NCBI GenBank assembly: GCA_036172245.1 | Contig: JAYWIR010000189.1 | Span: 1 to 35,410, forward strand | DNA length: 35,410 nucleotides | Direction of reading: 5' to 3' | Source of the DNA: Raillietiella orientalis | Taxonomy: Eukaryota | In this document: piece by piece, positions 32,201 through 35,410 of the stretch | Layout: each line of letters starts with the position of its first letter | How positions within the stretch are numbered: position 1 is the first letter of the stretch | Notes under the pieces: generated by a model | Databases searched by the model: none | What the model saw: only the letters and a program-made list of their open reading frames with translations | What the model was told of the DNA's origin: nothing | Position numbers and translations under genes: made by a program

Positions 32201-33675
32201 AGCGTAAGAGTCTGGAGGAGGATTTTTCCGAGGAAGAGGTGAAGACTGCGTTCAAGGAATTACGCAAGGATGTGGCGGCAGGACCTGACAGTGTTCCCAT
32301 CAGTCACTATCAACGGTACCTGCACGCCTACTTGCGGTTATTCCACCAGTTGACCCTCTGCATCCGCCAAGAAGGACGATTGCCGGAGTCCTTCTACGAG
32401 AGTAGGACGAGATTGTTGCCGAAAGGAGGTGATCTAATAACGCAGGTCACCCAATGGAGGCCAATCTCAGTGCTCAACTCGGATGCCAAGTGGTTGGCAA
32501 AGATCTGGGCCAACCGCTTAGGCAAGGTTATGTCGAGGCTGATTTCTCCCGTCCAGAGATGTGCGGTACCGGGACGCCACATGTCGGACAATGTTAAGTG
32601 CGCGCAGGCCACCGTGGGACTTGGCCGATACGTCGGCGAGAACCTGGTGCTCGCGTTCACCGACATGGAGAAAGCCTTCGACACCATCGACCACGGGATG
32701 CTGCTGAAGATTCTGGAAAAACTGGGACTTCCCGAATACTTCAGCACCTTTGTGGAAATGATCCTCCGGAATCAACGTTTCCGGATGAAGATCAACGGTT
32801 TGGAAACAGCAGCTATTCGGAGGGAACGAGGAGTCCGGCAAGGAGACTCGCTAAGTCCGATGCTGTTTGTTATCTATATGGAGGCGCTCTCTTCATTTAT
32901 TGAGAACAGTGGGAGATTACAAGGAATAAAAATTGACAACCAAAAGCTCACCCATCTCGCCTACGCGGATGATCTTCTCTTCTTCATCAGGGGAAAGAGG
33001 AATCAACAAGCGTTATTGGATGTGGTGATGCTCATGAAAGAGGGACTGGGCCTGAAGATCAACGCCCAGAAGAGCCAGCTTTTGCCCGTCGGTATCCTGG
33101 AAATCTCCGCTCTCACGGGGAGAGGATTCCGAACGGTGGACACGGCCAAGTACCTGGGAGTGTACATTGGCGACGACGCTGCGTCGAAGCTACTGTGGAA
33201 GGAAATCCTGGGGAAAACGGCAGAGGAAGCAGCGAAATACACCCAACTGGGTTTTGACATGAAGCGAAAGGCCAACCTATGGAATGGAGTACTCCTTCCA
33301 AAGGTACTCTTGGGAACGGCCTTCGCCAAGTTGAACAAAGAAAACACCAGAGAAGTGGAAAAGCTGCAGAGGAAAACATTGTGGGGACACTATCGCCCAA
33401 GAGTCCGACTGAAACAACTGTGTCGTCCCAGGGAAGAAGGCGGTTCAGGGATGAAGTCGCTCGCACATTTCATGGAAATCATGGATATGCAACACATCCT
33501 GGACATCGCTACTCACTGGGATGACCGGCCGTACGCGGCCCACAGAGCCTACGCGTTGTTGTTGAACAACTCGAAAGGCATGATGACTGGTGCTGGAAGA
33601 ACAGAACAGGAGAAGTGGAACACCATCGACCTCACCTGGATACGAAAACAATTAGTGTGCGAAAGCACGAGATAA
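29221..33675 (+). CDS. Fused ORF1-ORF2 frame (first ATG 29389; ORF2 ATG 31021): 3 CCHC knuckles, APE, RT
   Basis: CTGCKLFGHRRGAC, CFRCGKQGHLVSSC and CSFCKQPGHASWSC, followed in frame by APE and RT motifs. Breaks in the noisy patch 33590-33700. Confidence 0.9.
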   Translation: MIICDRVCPERASAKKTVSVEERVLPRIIPYNCSSSAEETTAEDLQTSSAAVPAARMQATGGGARRPTSPIEVIEVHYGSGEAAARPRIARAAATVVPAAAVKVAPEAVSQAGPAGVHVANIAMPSCSAAVLRPFSYAAVAAGQASAQPLRKFDRPERGKITRVKEPIERLSPASKPIMFKTGLIRFNNVKEVYLALYKTYVDFDYLQAIIPSTTGFTIYTDSEPLREALIEEGTNIQGRMVCGIGEMPYTTVFLKGVNANTEQDAVWDFLSKYGEVLDVEFQNISGKIFSGEVITKVKLQEETQIPGIVRIDEDSQEVSVSYRQQPVFCTGCKLFGHRRGACPRVRCFRCGKQGHLVSSCDMPEVCSFCKQPGHASWSCPEFANYRTMRGQSPVREKVLAEVVKPQKQLKQREARETAPVSADGFVEAGKKGKRKMLIKDQETPLTQEVLAVEGENMEVAEESERAEKVESIPVSQEALQTTEEVKKLAEEVMEVQSEPQQEQLLQKICNAQQTVNQVVEVAEREKLEDKLLDVKANFCAPRWRWKPSHARSSHEPSTPPRRPTSPISPGRRATLAARNPLPLLRLEEHHALPDRRNTGMPRGRPSPFMASTLSTARRINIASWNVNGLINQVKRRRIVRIIAQQDIVCLQETHTLGLQIIQQMERRFDGQMFVSEGQRNTEGVVVLVKNQLAPTILEVFCPLPGRIIGVRLAWSANVHLFLVNVYGPHRYKHRFAEALHAALREKVAPKDVVIVAGDLNIRDEIIYSQDARGRTAYRRLSGEFGLLWRTASHRPIDHVLHSTESGNRIEGFRDIPNALSDHSLVRFSLRTENPRRRQGTRAALISMPTWFENPPCHQEVLETILKTTTIRRVADWDSLKHRIHLFANMQFGDRRRWRQEAYRKLNIQDRSLSKYFDQYESRYVFHSIKGEVGVLEKKNLATDIFRIHSRHTSEDIVDAFERHYTKHFRRDHLCQAIQNTFLSHLKRKIGELQRKSLEEDFSEEEVKTAFKELRKDVAAGPDSVPISHYQRYLHAYLRLFHQLTLCIRQEGRLPESFYESRTRLLPKGGDLITQVTQWRPISVLNSDAKWLAKIWANRLGKVMSRLISPVQRCAVPGRHMSDNVKCAQATVGLGRYVGENLVLAFTDMEKAFDTIDHGMLLKILEKLGLPEYFSTFVEMILRNQRFRMKINGLETAAIRRERGVRQGDSLSPMLFVIYMEALSSFIENSGRLQGIKIDNQKLTHLAYADDLLFFIRGKRNQQALLDVVMLMKEGLGLKINAQKSQLLPVGILEISALTGRGFRTVDTAKYLGVYIGDDAASKLLWKEILGKTAEEAAKYTQLGFDMKRKANLWNGVLLPKVLLGTAFAKLNKENTREVEKLQRKTLWGHYRPRVRLKQLCRPREEGGSGMKSLAHFMEIMDMQHILDIATHWDDRPYAAHRAYALLLNNSKGMMTGAGRTEQEKWNTIDLTWIRKQLVCESTR

Positions 33676-33724
33676 AAAGGTCCAGTCAGAAAGTAGGGAA
33701 CTCTGGCAGGAGGAATCCATCCTG

Positions 33725-34561
33725 GTGATCCCATGGATGCTTCCGGTCCCCCAAGACACGAGAAGCTGGATCTGCCAGCGATCCAGAGTTACCCTACAAC
33801 GCATCCAGGAGTTCAGAAGAGGAGTACACCCACATCACACTCGTATACTTCGGTATGTAGAGATGATGGTGGGAAGGTTCACCCATATGACCCGCGAAGT
33901 GTGGATCAACCACGATGACCTCGCGTGGTCCAGGGTAACCAAGATGAACCTCCGAAGAATGATTAAGGATGAGAACCAAGACACCAGCGTCCTCCAAGAA
34001 GCTGCCGATCGCTACGGGAGTAACCGTTTTGACCTGTTGGCGTTTGGCACGACACTCTGGAGGGATGACCTTCCGCCGGACACTGTGGACGAACTCCTGA
34101 TGTTCTATCATGGAGGAATCCAGACTGGGTCCAGGCTCAAGCATTTCACAGGAAGACGGGAAGATGAAGACTGCAGGGCATGTGGAGACATCGATACGAG
34201 ACTACACATCTTGACGTGTCCCACTTTGCTACGCGACTGGCTGATCCTGAAAGGGATCATAGGACAAAACAAGTCCGTGATGGAAATCCTCTCCGGGATG
34301 TTTCAGGGAGATGGTAAGGTTCCCTGTTACAATGCCATGGTGAGGATGACCATTGCCCTCTTCATCACCGCCATACTTTTGCGGTGGTGGAATATGAGAA
34401 ATGCCAGGAGAACCAGAACCCCCATGGAGATCCTACAAGGACTCATCCGCAGGGAGATTGGTATCAGGAACTGTGGACGACTCCAAGCCTGGACGTACCG
34501 ATTTATCCTGAAGAGGATTGAGGACGACGCACGGGACCAAACATCTGGAAACCCACCCTGA
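33725..34561 (+). CDS. C-terminal part of B ORF2 (zinc finger), separated by a frameshift that may be a consensus error
   Basis: Matches the last 277 aa of ORF 6759-10298. Confidence 0.85.
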   Translation: MIPWMLPVPQDTRSWICQRSRVTLQRIQEFRRGVHPHHTRILRYVEMMVGRFTHMTREVWINHDDLAWSRVTKMNLRRMIKDENQDTSVLQEAADRYGSNRFDLLAFGTTLWRDDLPPDTVDELLMFYHGGIQTGSRLKHFTGRREDEDCRACGDIDTRLHILTCPTLLRDWLILKGIIGQNKSVMEILSGMFQGDGKVPCYNAMVRMTIALFITAILLRWWNMRNARRTRTPMEILQGLIRREIGIRNCGRLQAWTYRFILKRIEDDARDQTSGNPP

Positions 34562-34699
34562 ATGCAGAACTTTGAGTGTCCCAACGGACCTTCAAGTGAA
34601 GTGAAAGTGATAATATATTGTGTGAATGAAATTGTAGTATGAATGTTTAAGAAAAATTTGAAAAAAAAATTCACCCCACCCCTTGTGGGACCTGGAGAA

Positions 34700-34841
34700 A
34701 ATTGTGTTCACGACGGCAATTCCTCCGGAGCGAGGCCTGGCAATTGCACGCCGGCGGGGCTGACCTCCGCGATAACCCCAAATGCGGGTTACTCGGAAGC
34801 ATAATTTTTAGGTTGGGAGGCTGCGTTCGCGCAGACTCCTG
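34700..34841 (+). pseudogene. U1: 5'-truncated U1 snRNA (nt 25-166)
   Basis: 142 nt with the same variants as 569-710 and 6479-6620 (GACGG in SL1, GGCAATTGCAC in SL2). Confidence 0.95.
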
Positions 34842-34859
34842 CAAAACCAACTCCAAAGA

Positions 34860-35260
34860 AAATCGCCCAACGTTGTTCAAGAACGGTGATCTCCCCTCCA
34901 CCCTCCGAACGCCGTGTACCTGCGTGGCGTACACTGCAACACCGCGCAGGAAGACGTGTGGGACCACTTCTGCCGGTTCGGAGGAGGTGAAGGAGGTGTC
35001 CTTCGGCAACTACGTGGACGAACTGTTCTCGCGAGAGGTCATGGTGAAGATCAAGCTCTCCGTGGATGTGCGGATCCCGGGCATCGTCAGGATGGACGAA
35101 TATTCCCAGGATGTACAGTGCGCTATCGCCTGCAGCCCGTCTTCTGCGCGGGCTGCAAGGAGTTTGGGCACCGCATAGGCGCTTGCCCGGAAGCGAAATG
35201 CTCCGAGTGCGGTCAAGTCGGGCACTGCATAAAGGATCGCACCGGTTGCACTGCCTAATT
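34860..35260 (+). pseudogene. Unit C: degenerate ORF1 RRM-like + knuckle fragment of a B-related LINE
   Basis: VYLRGVHCNTAQEDVWDHFCRFG, FSREVMVKIKL and YRLQPVFCAGCKEFGHRIGACPEAKCSECGQVGH align with B VFLKGVNANTEQDAVWDFLSKYG, FSGEVITKVKL and YRQQPVFCTGCKLFGHRRGACPRVRCFRCGKQGH. Confidence 0.85.
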
Positions 35261-35410
35261 TTGCCGCCGCTGCGTAGTTGGGCGTAAGATGGTGCCGCCG
35301 CTGCCACGCCGGGCGCGTTGCTACGGGAGATTGCTCCTCTCCTGCCGAGTCGGTAAACTTGCTTCGCGGCTCAAAGTATTGTGCGCTCGACAACTTAATC
35401 TGTTAATTGT

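Larger units (their letters stand above)
29179..34699 (+). mobile_element. LINE B (L1/Tx1-like), full-length copy
   Basis: 5' UTR, ORF1, ORF2 (stop at 34561), 3' UTR with hairpin at 34670-34691, joined to U1 nt 25. Confidence 0.96.
27090..35404 (+). repeat. Right arm of large imperfect inverted repeat
   Basis: Same order as the left arm in reverse complement: flank, U1, A, B, U1(25-166), C. Confidence 0.95.

Noticed and set aside
1..35410. Whole window as a fold-back read artefact or one giant TIR transposon
   Set aside because: The arms differ in unit number and have diverged flanks around a 12.8-kb unique spacer. No transposase or integrase is seen, and the repeat may extend beyond the window.

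Overview
Eukaryotic (invertebrate-animal-like) genomic DNA with no prokaryotic features. The window is a large imperfect inverted repeat: left arm 1-14311 and right arm 27090-35404. Each arm starts at an intact U1 snRNA gene (13621-13786 on -, 27608-27773 on +), and the two genes are transcribed divergently. Behind each intact U1 is an ordered stack of L1/Tx1-like non-LTR retrotransposon sequence. First comes unit A, a 1.4-kb internally deleted derivative. Next is LINE B (ORF1 with RRM-like region and 3 CCHC knuckles; ORF2 with APE endonuclease, RT and C-terminal zinc finger), whose 3' end joins exactly to nt 25 of a 5'-truncated U1. The left arm repeats this: U1-A-B-U1(25-166)-A-B'-U1(25-166)-C. 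The right arm is U1-A-B-U1(25-166)-C. The main candidate system is a U1-associated retroelement pair that inserts at the base of U1 stem-loop I yet leaves an intact U1 under the native promoter. The spacer holds a second L1/Tx1-like family (D) as a composite block, 17178-24540, bounded by a 13-bp direct repeat, with an inverted segment and a nested 226-bp insertion flanked by a 12-bp TSD. Both families end in an AATAAA/A-run plus GC hairpin rather than a poly(A) tail. Several short patches look like low-quality long-read consensus. All alignments were made by eye, and the labels A, B, C and D are mine.
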